DNA from: Naegleria gruberi
Lineage: Eukaryota
Assembly (NCBI GenBank): GCA_000004985.1
Contig: GG738846.1
Direction: 5' to 3' (one strand)
Length of the DNA stretch: 64,000 nucleotides
Shown: positions 45,005 through 55,503 of the stretch, piece by piece
Layout: each line of letters begins with the position of its first letter
Numbering within the stretch: the first letter of the stretch is position 1
Notes under the pieces: model-generated
Told to the model about the DNA's origin: nothing
Databases searched by the model: none
What the model saw: only the letters and a program-made list of their open reading frames with translations
Made by a program: the position numbers and the translations under genes

Positions 45005-46021
45005 ATGCAAAGACTTTTTGTCCGTGTAGTTGCCGATGGTTTTCCTTCATCATCGTCATCTTATAATGATAACAATAATAATAACATTACTTTTCCATCC
45101 TCAACAACAAATCCTTCAACGATCAGTTCGTTACTTTTAGAGAGAAATCAATTTTATAGAAAGTTAGCCGGTGTAAATAGGTCCAACTCTACGTCTAAAT
45201 TGTTGGACAGAAACTTTTGCTGTATTCTTCCACATAATTTATCGCTTGGTGATGTCAAACAAACAATATGTAGACAATATCAATCGATATTTTATGATAA
45301 AGTTACGGAAGGTTTTGAATTTGACAATTCTGATGCCTTTACTCTTTCTCGTTTATATTCCGACTTGGGATTAGAGTTGGGCTTGTGGAATACACAACTT
45401 AAAGCTAGTGATATTTTCACTGATGAACAAGTAGTATTTGCCAAATTGGATTGTTCACGAAAACAAAAAATTAAACTGAAAGAAAAATATCAACAAACAG
45501 AACAATACCTCTCACCACCAGATAGTGATAAGGAACAGTCCAACACTGCTCTTTTTGAAACACCTAAAAAGAGAAAACCAACAAGTAATTTTTTAACACC
45601 TCAATCCAAGAAGAAAAAACCAATTACTCCACCAAGTATTACAAGTGGTGATGATAGTGATTCTTCTGTGAGTGATTCAGAAGATGAGGCAGGGGCTACT
45701 CGTCCAGTAACAAGTGCCACATTGAAACAAACAGCGGAGAATCCTATTGTAATTCAATCGGATGAAGAATCTGAAGAATCAGAAGAGGAAGAGGAAGAAG
45801 AAGAGACACCAGTCAAGAAACCACAACCAAAGAAGCAAGAATTAAAGCAGGAAACAAAGAAACCAGAAAAGAAACAACCAGAAAAAGAGGAATCTGAAGT
45901 TGAAGACTCTGAGGAAGAACTGAAATCAGATTCTGATAAAGATGTCATGACTCACAGATCAATACGCCAAATTCTTTGCAAATACCAAGCACTGGTTAAA
46001 GGCAAAGTTTGCTGGTGGTAA
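45005..46021 (+). CDS. Hypothetical acidic Ser/Glu-rich nuclear protein.
   Basis: 338 aa. Contains KKRKP and KKKKP basic patches, a poly-E/S acidic tail and a lysine-rich KKPEKKQPEKEE region. The C-terminus may continue through an unverified intron. Confidence 0.4.
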   Translation: MQRLFVRVVADGFPSSSSSYNDNNNNNITFPSSTTNPSTISSLLLERNQFYRKLAGVNRSNSTSKLLDRNFCCILPHNLSLGDVKQTICRQYQSIFYDKVTEGFEFDNSDAFTLSRLYSDLGLELGLWNTQLKASDIFTDEQVVFAKLDCSRKQKIKLKEKYQQTEQYLSPPDSDKEQSNTALFETPKKRKPTSNFLTPQSKKKKPITPPSITSGDDSDSSVSDSEDEAGATRPVTSATLKQTAENPIVIQSDEESEESEEEEEEEETPVKKPQPKKQELKQETKKPEKKQPEKEESEVEDSEEELKSDSDKDVMTHRSIRQILCKYQALVKGKVCWW

Positions 46022-46288
46022 ATTCAAAACTGAATCTGATTTGGAAGACATGAAAAAGGCATTTTCACAACTTACTAAATCTCACCAAACGGAATTATTG
46101 GACTTGATGGCAACCATGAAGGGCCAATAAACAAAATTTCTTTGGTTTTGTTGATTTGTGATGAAATTCGATTCAGTTTTAAATGGAAATTTACCAAATA
46201 TATCAAAACATCTATTCAATTCAAAACACTATTCAAAATATTAGAATAATTAGCTAAAGCAACTATTTAGATATTTTCCAAGAAGAAA

Positions 46289-47170
46289 ATGCATTCAAAC
46301 AACAATTATCAAACTTCTACAAACACCAATTCTATTCGAATTTGTATTCGATTGCTGTTTATAATTGCTCTCTTCTGTTTCTTTCAACTAACAACCGCAC
46401 TCTCCGAGCCTAACAATCACCATCCTAATCATAATCCTCATCACACCGGCGGAAGATCTGTGGACGAAAGGTTTTCCCTTCCTTCTCTAGCTGATTCGAA
46501 TATTTTCGAAAAACTCTTCAAAAAATTGGAACAAGCAATTGAAAATGTTGTAAACAATGTAACAACAAATATCAGATTTCAAGTTTCACAAGCCATTATC
46601 GACGTACTCAACAAGAATCAAATCACTGCAGTGACAAATAATGCCATGTCAGCAATCTCTCAAAATATTTCAACACTTCTCAATAATATTCCATTCAATC
46701 AATTATTCCAAAACTCATTACAATATTCCCAACCAATCATTAATCAAATGGCCCAACAATTCACTAATCAACAAGTTATTGAAACTGTCAAATCATCTCT
46801 CAAACAAAATGACATTGACTTTTCCACAATTGTTTCAGAAATTATCAATGCAACCATTACAAAACTATCTGAACCCCAAACCAAACAAGAAATCAATCAA
46901 ATTCTCAAATATTACGCAACACATGCAACAGATTCCATCCCAACTTGGTTATTAATTTTTTTTGGTTCAGTTTTAGTTTCCATTTTAATGATTCCTTCAT
47001 TGTTGATGGCAATTTTGTTGCAACAAGTTTTTCCAGTGAGGAAAATGAAATGGTATCAAAGAATTTTCATTAATAGATTTGGAAAGGCCAAAGTTTCTCA
47101 GCAGCAAACTATTAATGATGAGGAGGAAGAAAGGAGGCGGTTAGTTTACAATGAGAATATTCAACAATAA
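46289..47170 (+). CDS. Hypothetical membrane protein with an N-terminal signal or anchor and a C-terminal TM helix.
   Basis: 293 aa. Contains LLFIIALFCFFQLTTALS and a C-terminal WLLIFFGSVLVSILMIPSLLMAILL. Confidence 0.4.
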   Translation: MHSNNNYQTSTNTNSIRICIRLLFIIALFCFFQLTTALSEPNNHHPNHNPHHTGGRSVDERFSLPSLADSNIFEKLFKKLEQAIENVVNNVTTNIRFQVSQAIIDVLNKNQITAVTNNAMSAISQNISTLLNNIPFNQLFQNSLQYSQPIINQMAQQFTNQQVIETVKSSLKQNDIDFSTIVSEIINATITKLSEPQTKQEINQILKYYATHATDSIPTWLLIFFGSVLVSILMIPSLLMAILLQQVFPVRKMKWYQRIFINRFGKAKVSQQQTINDEEEERRRLVYNENIQQ

Positions 47171-47263
47171 ATAAATGTATATAATATGTGAAACAATTAG
47201 AAGTATCCAATAGAAAAACAAGAATCGACTTGCTTCTATTTTACAGCAACAGAAAGAAAAAAA

Positions 47264-47381
47264 GACTACAGCACCACAGGTTCCCAAGTTGTCTCCAACC
47301 TCAGTACTGATGTGGCTCTACGATGCTTAACTTCTCAAATCGAGCGAGATGAGGTGCATTCATCGTGATATGGCCGTAGCC
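47264..47381 (-). rRNA. 5S ribosomal RNA, second copy. It is a divergent variant in the opposite orientation.
   Basis: The reverse complement is GGCTACGGCCATATCACGATGAATGCACCTCATCTCGCTCGATTTGAGAAGTTAAGC...GGTGCTGTAGTC. It differs from the 11809 copy at ~6 positions, including the conserved CCCGTCCGAT loop, which reads TCTCGCTCGAT here. A T-run follows. Confidence 0.75.
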
Positions 47382-47643
47382 ATTCAATACCTTAAAATCT
47401 TAATACTGAATAAGATTGCCTTTCGTGCTTTTTTTGACTCAACAATATTGTCAACAGAGTTAATTTATTAATTTTTTTATTGTTCTGAATCCTCTTCATT
47501 GAAGTGCTATTTGATAATTCAGATGTTAATGATGGAAAATTTGTTATAATTTGTCATGTTTTGTTTAATTATAATAAACAGTTCGAAATGATATTTAATC
47601 CAGCATGATAGGATTCTTGATAACGAATGTATATATATATATA

Positions 47644-48762
47644 TTACTTTCTAACACCAACTGGATGAGGTGCTTTGGCTGTGTAGGATTCATCCAAATA
47701 TTTGACTTCCTCAGTGGTGAGTTCAATATCCAAAGCAGCAATAGACGATTCAATATTCGATACTTTTGTGGCACCAACAATTGGACTGGTAACTCCTGGT
47801 TTCTTCAATAGCCAAGCAATAGCAATTTGAGCTGGTGAGACATTCTTCTTATTAGCCAATTCTGAAACTCTTCTCAAATTTTCCTTATCACCTTCAGTCA
47901 GGGTTTCTTGGAATTGTTTTTGAATGAAATCTGAATTTGCTCTCTTGGATTTCTGATCCTCATCATCATCATTGCTTGTTTTCTCAGAGTTGACAAATTC
48001 GTGAGCTCTTGCCAAAATTCCCTTAGCAAGTGGACTATATGGAGTTAAGGAAACTTTCTGATCCAAACACATTGGAATCATGTCTCTTTCCTCTTCTCTA
48101 TACATTAAATGATAGAGATTTTGCATGGAAACAAACTTGGTCAATCCCTTCTTATCAGCATAATGTTGAGCTTTAGCAAATTGCCAAGCAAACATTAAAG
48201 AGGCACCAATATATCTGATCTTTCCAGATTTTACCAAATCATGTAAAGTTTCCATGGTTTCTTCAATAGGAGTGTCTGGATCCCAACGATGAATAATATA
48301 TAAATCAATGTCTGTTTACAATATTCAGTCAACTGAACTTTGCAATTTTCAAAAATACTTACAATCAGTTCCCAATCTTTCCAATGATTCCTCAACAGCA
48401 TGCATAATATGCTTTCTCGACAATCCATGAGTATTCACCTTCTTATCATCACTCAACGGTAGGTACCTTTGTTCTCCACTCTTGTCAACCGGACCAAAAA
48501 CCTTAGTAGCAATAACAACTTCCTCTCTCGGAATGTTATTCTCCCTAATGAATTTACCCAAAATTCTCTCACTTTCACCATTCGAATAAAGGTTGGCAGT
48601 GTCGAAGAAGTTAATACCCAACTCCCAGGCCTTCTTGAGAATGATCATGGATTCTGGTTCTTCCAAAACCCAATCAAACCATTTTGGTGAGCCGAAACTC
48701 ATGCATCCGAGACAGATTTTGGAGACTTTCAAGCCAGTGTTACCCAAATTTTCATACTTCAT
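47644..48762 (-). CDS. Aldo-keto reductase (AKR, Kv-beta/aryl-alcohol dehydrogenase-like); 2 exons.
   Basis: Exons are 48365-48762 and 47644-48313. The intron is 48314-48364 (GTAAGTAT...AAACAG, 51 nt). The spliced junction gives ...LERLGTD|YIDLYIIHRWDPDTPIEETMETLHDLVKSGKIRYIGAS, a classic AKR motif. The N-terminus GLKVSKICLGCMSFG...FFDTANLYSNGESE is also typical. Confidence 0.8.
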
Positions 48763-49684
48763 CTTACGTTTCTTCTAATTGTGTTGTTTGTTTGTTTTTT
48801 TATTGTTTTGTTAATTGTACTCTAGAGTTTCTTTTTAAAGGAAAGAGAATTTGTACGAAAGTGCGAGCGAGGTCTTTTTGAAAATGTACTCGTACTTTGT
48901 TAATAAGTTAGATCCATTTGTTCAATTGTTAGTTGGTTATACTGTTTGTACTTGCAACTAATCAATCCTTCTGTTGTAAACCAATTTAAACAAGTCGATT
49001 TCATTTTACAAACATTCGAAATTAGCAACTGATTGAGAGAGTAAGGAAAGAATGAAAAGTTTAAGTAATGGGAAGCTAGTGTCTAGAATCAATTCGCAAG
49101 TTATTGAAGAGTGATCACCATTTACAAAATCAAAGTTTCAATTGGATTTGCATCTAATTATTCGTTGCATGAAACAAAACAAAACTTGAGAAAAACAAGT
49201 CATAACTGATAACTAGCTGTCATGTCACACTTTTAATTTCACCTTATCAAGTGGACTGCAATCTTGTTGAGTGGAGGAACTTTGGGTGCCTTATTCTTCT
49301 TGTGGCCAACTATTAGATGATAAATTAGAAGGAGTGTAATAAATTGTAAAGTTTATCCACTGGAAACAATGTTTTGAATTATCATAACAGCAGGTTGTCT
49401 TGGATGGTGCAATATCGAATATTCATCCAATTAGTTTGCAATAGTTTCCAAAAATAAAAAGAGATTGTTCAAACACGACTGACATTGTTATGTAAATTGG
49501 ATGGAAAGAGGCAATTTTGAAATCTAAATGTGGATTACACATCTATTATTTATATGAACAATGAAAAATTTCATCACATGTCCAAAGCACCTCAGTTTCA
49601 CACATGAACCGTGGCTCTTCTTGTTGTTGTGGCAAAAACTTGAACGAAAAGGAGAGGGAAAATGGACCAAAGATGATTATGATG

Positions 49685-50585
49685 ACATTAATTTAATAAT
49701 TCTTTTATTGATATTGAAGTTCTTATTATTTTTCTCTTAATTGGCAAATCAAATGATGAGGACACAGAACAAATTGTATTCGAATTATTGATTGAATTAG
49801 TTGAGGATGATATTGTTGAGAAAGTTAAAAGTGGAGTGATGGAATCAATGGATGAATTTGATGAGGATTGATTCGATCTTGTTTCTTCACTCAATGTTTC
49901 TCTATTATTTTCTCTATTACATTTTGTAATGAATTGACAATGTTTCTTCTTCTTTTCAATTTTGCTTTTCTTTTTCATAATTGGTGAAAATTCATTGAAA
50001 AATTGTTTCAATTCATTTTCATAGGGTTGTAATTTGGAAGGTGAAAATGTGTGTTGTTGTGTATTGAATAATTCTGTCGATCTGACAATCATTTGAGCAG
50101 CACCACCAGTTGTTGTAGTGCATTTCTTCTTTGAAGGTCTTCCTCTCTTCTTTGGTATTTGATTTGTCGAATGATTATCATTATTATTATTGGTTGCTGA
50201 AGAAAAATCAACAATTGAAAATTTGTTATACTTGAACTTGTTATTGTTCAACATCATGTCTATCTATTAAGAATATGTTCTTTGAAAAAGTTTAAATATA
50301 GAGAGAGTGAGAGAGGGTGGATATTTAAAAAAAAAACACTGTTGATGTGTGTGTTCTTCTTATATTGTTGGTGTTATAATTTGTTTTTTTTGAATAATGT
50401 CTAGTCCAACTAATCAGCGGTTGGGTTTCTAAGGGTTTTTTCGTTAGAGGTGTTGTGTCGGAGATTCTTAAATACAATTATTGCTTCTATCTGATATTTA
50501 AGATTTGGTAATTTGAAGGTGTGATGTCGGAGATTCTTAAAGAATATTCATTTCCTTAATGGTTGCAAATAGAATGGATAAGAAT
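49685..50585. repeat. Right arm of the inverted segmental duplication. Its partner is 35800-36632.
   Basis: See the left-arm entry. This arm also contains a local direct duplication of GTGTCGGAGATTCTTAAA at ~50455 and ~50525. Confidence 0.75.
49688..50257 (-). CDS. Small AT-hook protein, paralog family member A', a near-identical inverted copy of 36048-36629.
   Basis: 189 aa with the same motifs. It differs by a few substitutions and a short internal deletion (..NSNTICSVSSSFDLPIKRK..). Confidence 0.65.
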   Translation of the reverse strand: MMLNNNKFKYNKFSIVDFSSATNNNNDNHSTNQIPKKRGRPSKKKCTTTTGGAAQMIVRSTELFNTQQHTFSPSKLQPYENELKQFFNEFSPIMKKKSKIEKKKKHCQFITKCNRENNRETLSEETRSNQSSSNSSIDSITPLLTFSTISSSTNSINNSNTICSVSSSFDLPIKRKIIRTSISIKELLN

Positions 50586-51121
50586 CTTAATCATGATATA
50601 GAATATCAGATAAGGAAGAGTTGATTAACTTTTGTGGAACTATGGACATCCATGATGACAGTTATTAGTTGGAGCTATTATAAATAGAGAATTTGGATTG
50701 CCTTTTTTATCGAATCTCTATTGTTTATTGGGAGGTAATAATATACAAACTCAATTTTATATCAAGTACAACTTATCAATTTGGAAGAGAGGACAATTAG
50801 GAAAAATTAATTGAATTTATTACTTTTTAAACTTATTACCATGGTAACCTCTTTGATAGCTAATAGTGACACAATTTCTCAAGTACTTTGCAATGGACGA
50901 TTCATCTTTGAGTATCATACAACCTTCCAAACTCTTCCAATGATAGATTACTATATTGTTCTACAATATTTCTCAAAAAGAAAACATGAAACATGATTAA
51001 TTTACACGAAACTTGGTTGGCTTCCCATGATTTTTCACATCTTTCAGAGTCTGATTCGTTCAATCTGGATAATTGAGGATACATCTTGATTACCCATAGA
51101 GCATTTCTGATAGAAGTTTCC

Positions 51122-52840
51122 TCAACGATGGATTTCTTTACAGCTCCAGGTTAGTTTGCTTTCGCCTAAAATTGAAAGTTTTGGAAGAAATTCACCAAGG
51201 TTTGGACAAGAAGATTTCAATCTCTCCTTTTCTGTGTTGTTAAATTGATTAACTTGATGCTCGAAACGTTTAACAATTCTAGGAAACTTTTCACTTAAAT
51301 AAATTAACCATCTATGGAAATACATATAACCATACAATGCCTTAATTGAGGCATGAGTATTACCCTTCATGATTTCAACGACCATAGAATTCATCAGCTT
51401 ACACATGAGATCTGCATAAACGACCCAATTATCAAAATTTGGTTTCTCACAATGATTGTAAACTGTTGGATGAGAATTGTAAATTTCTTGAATTGACTTT
51501 TTCAATCTCTCAAAATTTCCATGTTTTCTATTAATGTAAATTGGAATCCAATGTGTGAATGTTGATCCCCAAACACTCTTTCTGACTCTCTCTTCATAAA
51601 ATGACTTTCTGGAGAGGAGATCGAGTGGTGAGGAGATGGAGGCAACTGTGCCATCTTTCTTCGTTTCGAATGAGAGACCAATACCAAGTATATCCTCCTT
51701 GAAACTTTCTTTCGAATGGTAACAAATTAATTCTCGTGCAGTGGAGAGAAGTTTGTACTCACACAATTCGAGGAGATGTTTGCTTGATTTTTCGACTTTC
51801 TTCAAATCAGAGTGAGTTAAATAGGTGAGAATGTGCAGGAGAATTTCATTTGGAATGTCATTGAATGAAGTGTTTGGAGCTTGAACTCCCTTTTCAACTG
51901 TGCCAACGTTGGTAGTTACATCAACACCAGTATCTTCTGTGAAGATAGAATTGACTAGCTCAGGTGCTGTAGAAGTGGAAGTAGTTACTGGAAGAGGTGT
52001 TGTTGCAGATTCATTTGTAAATTTAACGAAACCCATTTGATTTAGAATTTTGAGGAGGTAATTTTGAATATGTGAAATAATGGATACACTGTATGATAAC
52101 GGAGGTTCAACAGGAGTAGCTAATTCTTCCTTGATTTCTTCCTTTGGTTTAGTTTTCTTTCCAATATCTTCTTGTTCCATTGTTTCAACCTTGACAACTG
52201 ATTTCTTTTTCTTATTCTTCTTTGGCTTGCTAACTAGAGTACTAACTAATTCTTTCTCCTTCTTTGGAACAATAGCTTTCTTAACCACAATTGGTTTTGG
52301 CTCATATTTGGAAGTCAATATTTCATTAACATTCCAATGAGGAGCACACGGATAAACAACGCCATTGGAAGGATCGTGTCCAGTTTCATCAAACTTGAAT
52401 GCTCTGGAAAGCTCAATATCAGCTTGAATGAATCCAGCTTGTCTTTCTTCTTCCTCCAAGAGAAAAGATTGCAATTGAAGCAACACAGACAAACATGAAT
52501 AGCTTGTACTCCATCCCATGTAAGGAACTTGAGAAAAGTGATTACTCTCCAAAATATCCAAACAAATCCAACTTCCAAATACATGTGAGTGATGCAATCT
52601 GGTGAGACAATTAATAGTTGGTGGCTTATTTGGATAATCGAGTGGAAAATCAATTTCCAACAAGAGAATAATTCCACGATACTTGGAAGTTTTTGGAGCT
52701 AGCACAGTTGCGTACCACTTGAATAAATCTCCCTTGAATGGTTCTGCATAGACAGTTTCTAATGGATTCATTTGAATTTCTTTCAAATCTTTCATTAATC
52801 TTTTAAGAACTCGATCTTGCTTGTTGTTGTTTGATAACAT
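51122..52840 (-). CDS. Ubiquitin-conjugating enzyme (UBC/E2) fold fused to an F-box protein.
   Basis: 572 aa. The N-terminal UBC-like region is RVLKRLMKDLKEIQMNPLETVYAEPFKGDLFKWYATVLAPKTSKYRGIILLLEIDFPLDYPNKPPTINCLTRLHHSHVFGSWICLDIL. The catalytic Cys is retained, but the HPN triad reads HSH. An F-box-like motif, IPNEILLHILTYLTHSDLKKV, sits near residue 335. Confidence 0.55.
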   Translation of the reverse strand: MLSNNNKQDRVLKRLMKDLKEIQMNPLETVYAEPFKGDLFKWYATVLAPKTSKYRGIILLLEIDFPLDYPNKPPTINCLTRLHHSHVFGSWICLDILESNHFSQVPYMGWSTSYSCLSVLLQLQSFLLEEEERQAGFIQADIELSRAFKFDETGHDPSNGVVYPCAPHWNVNEILTSKYEPKPIVVKKAIVPKKEKELVSTLVSKPKKNKKKKSVVKVETMEQEDIGKKTKPKEEIKEELATPVEPPLSYSVSIISHIQNYLLKILNQMGFVKFTNESATTPLPVTTSTSTAPELVNSIFTEDTGVDVTTNVGTVEKGVQAPNTSFNDIPNEILLHILTYLTHSDLKKVEKSSKHLLELCEYKLLSTARELICYHSKESFKEDILGIGLSFETKKDGTVASISSPLDLLSRKSFYEERVRKSVWGSTFTHWIPIYINRKHGNFERLKKSIQEIYNSHPTVYNHCEKPNFDNWVVYADLMCKLMNSMVVEIMKGNTHASIKALYGYMYFHRWLIYLSEKFPRIVKRFEHQVNQFNNTEKERLKSSCPNLGEFLPKLSILGESKLTWSCKEIHR

Positions 52841-53619
52841 TTTTTATGGCTTGCTTTTTGAATTTCTCTTTCAAGTTTCTGTATTTAAATGGATTTTAAA
52901 TATTTCAAATGCTTGATGAAGATTGGTATTTTCGAATTGAGGTTTCAAATAAATGGTGAACGTTGCAGATACAGTGACCCGTGTCATTACGGTGATCAAG
53001 GTGATAGGTATTTTCTAATGACACTCCCTCCATTTGAAAAATACTACTCTAAATGTTAAGAAATTAACTAAGGTTAAAAATTGAAATACAATAAATCCCT
53101 CCATCTAACCTTTAATTATTTCACTGGTCCATTCTTCCAAACTTCTACTGTATAATGCTACTTAATATCAAGTGATTTTAATTGTTTCATTTCACAAATT
53201 GATTTGGCTCCTTCATCATTTCACCAATATATGTGGAAATGTTTTTCCCGCTTTTTTCTAGTGCTCCCTCTTTAAAAGGACATATTTAGTTTAATACATG
53301 GTATAACATCTTGAATTTTACACGGGTTATTTCATATCATGTATACTATATCCTATTCATTTTTGAATATTTAATCTTTTGTTTTCATTGAGATAATTAG
53401 TGAGTTATGACATCATATACCTTTTTGGGAAAAGTGATTTTTCGCTCAACTACTTAATATCGAATATTGAATTTTGTGGTGGTAAGAGATAAGATCAGAT
53501 ACTAATACCATTTGTAATTTTTTTTACGAATTGTTGTGTATTAAGGAGGATATGCTTGGTTAAAGTTGGTGAATTTTTTTGTGAAATTAAAATAAAATGG
53601 AAGTTTATTAGAAGGAGAG

Positions 53620-54712
53620 TTATTTTTTGGCGCGAAGTTTCTTTCCCATAGAGAGAAAGGTTTCGGCCAGCAGTTTTCTAAAGTCTGAATACTTGATTCG
53701 AACAGTTTCATTCATAATAGCGAACAAGTTATAAAAAAAATCATTCAATAAACTGATCATCAATTTGGTTCTCCACTCAGTGATGATATAGGCATATCTA
53801 GCCTTATAATGGTACTTATCTTGAATGTCGACAAGAGTAAAAGTACGTCTATAATGGTCATGATGGATAGCAGAGGTAGCATTAAATTGATTCTGATCAA
53901 ACGAATGCAAAGCATGTAGTTGAAGTGATTTGACATTTGTGGAGTTGCAAATAAATTGAATCTTCTGGATGATTTCATCCTTAGTGAGCTTACTTAATTT
54001 GATATGTTCCTTCTTTCCAATTTCTTTCAATTTTTCCACTGTATTTTTCTGCAAAAAGGAGGTGGAATATTTGCAAGAGTTTGCTGAGATGGTTGGTAGT
54101 GAAATTAGTGAGGTTTCAAAATCAAATGCATTCGAAACAAGATGGTGATATTTCTTGTCTCTGTCTGATTGGTATTGAGGATTTCTTTGCATAGAAGCAA
54201 TCACAGACTTTGAAATAAATTCAGCAGCCTTCCAATTACCATGAGTGAGCGTTCTTTTCAACAAATCCCAGATCCATAATTTTTCAGTACCTGAAATAGA
54301 GAAAGTGCCAACAACATTCAATTTGATTAGACGGAGCAAAACATTTCATCAAAGAAAAGTATCTTCTATAACCAGGAATCATGCTATCCAACTTTTCTGT
54401 CCGAAGCTGTTGTAAATTGGTTTTGGCATTAGCATTCAACTTTGAATGGTTGTTTTCTAAGCTAATTACAGTTCCCAAAAAAGAGAAAAGCTGAGAGATA
54501 TCAATATCATTGTAATACTTTGTGTGTGAAGATGCTTTTCCAGTTGTACTCTCTCTGGTCAAGTTAGTGTTTAATACGTCCAATAGTATTTGCCAAAAGT
54601 GGTTTGGAATCATGTTTGAAATTAGAAGTTCAAGGCTAACCTCAGTGCAAATTACATTTCTGTTCAGAATGGTTTTAGGAGTGGTAGGAGTTTCGGTAAC
54701 TTTAGGATGCAC
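53620..54712 (-). CDS. Hypothetical protein, probably 2 exons.
   Basis: ORFs 54284-54712 and 53620-54339 are joined by a putative 52-nt intron (GTTTTG...TTTCAG at ~54295-54346). The join gives ...YFSLMKC|TEKLWIWDLL.... The 5' splice site is weak, so the boundaries are approximate. Confidence 0.35.
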
Positions 54713-55503
54713 AATGTTGGAAGAAACCTTTTCAAATCCTTCTTTGTTAAAATTGAATAAAGATGCTATCCAATCAGTTTCTTAATCCAACTGCTTAGCA
54801 GAGTATTTAGGTGTAAGGTTTTGGCCGTTGGATGGACTGAGTTGGCTTGATTGCTGATCTTGGCTATTTTGTTGGTCCTGTTGTGTACCTCCTTGGCTAT
54901 TTTGTTGATTGGAGGTAACAAAGCCATCGAGTGTAGCTTGTTTTTTGTTAGACGCCTCCAATTCTAACCGTTCATCCATACGAATATTTGGATTTTTTCA
55001 AGAATGCGTTCAAACACGCTTCAATAAACTTTTTTTTATTAAAGATTCTTGGCGTGAAACTTTCTTACCGGTTTCACATACATTTACAGGTTTGCGAGTT
55101 TGTTAATGTTGTGGACGAAGGATTTCAAACTTTTTTATCCTTCCAATTACTTGTTCAACTATTACTCTAACCTCCCAACCTCTTATTCCAATCTTCTTCA
55201 ACTTGATCCAACTTTTATTTATTCAATCAAACTCGAAGTTGTGAAGTTTTTTGTCCCAAATTTTCTTGTCATGAACGTTTCCAGAAACATTCTGTTGAGC
55301 AACTTGAAAGAGGCAACCATTAGAATTCATAATCAAAGAAGTTTTTCAAGAAACAGCGATTCCGGACCGGTCTCAATAATAGAAGTTACACGTTCACAGT
55401 GAACAGAATTTTATCATTTTTACAATCCAAACGGTTTTTATTGGCGGGAAGAGGGAGCATTCTATTGTTTGAGGGAGCATTGCAAAAAAGCGGCGTGAAC
55501 TTT

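Noticed and set aside
46022-46130. Possible extra C-terminal exon (…MKKAFSQLTKSHQTELLDLMATMKGQ) for the acidic protein at 45005-46021.
   Set aside because: No canonical GTAAGT-type donor joins it in the right phase, so this stays unresolved rather than called.
50811-51084. Short ORFs immediately 3' of the UBC/F-box gene, as a possible extra C-terminal exon.
   Set aside because: The only GT..AG candidate is ~20 nt, too short for an intron, so this is treated as 3' UTR.
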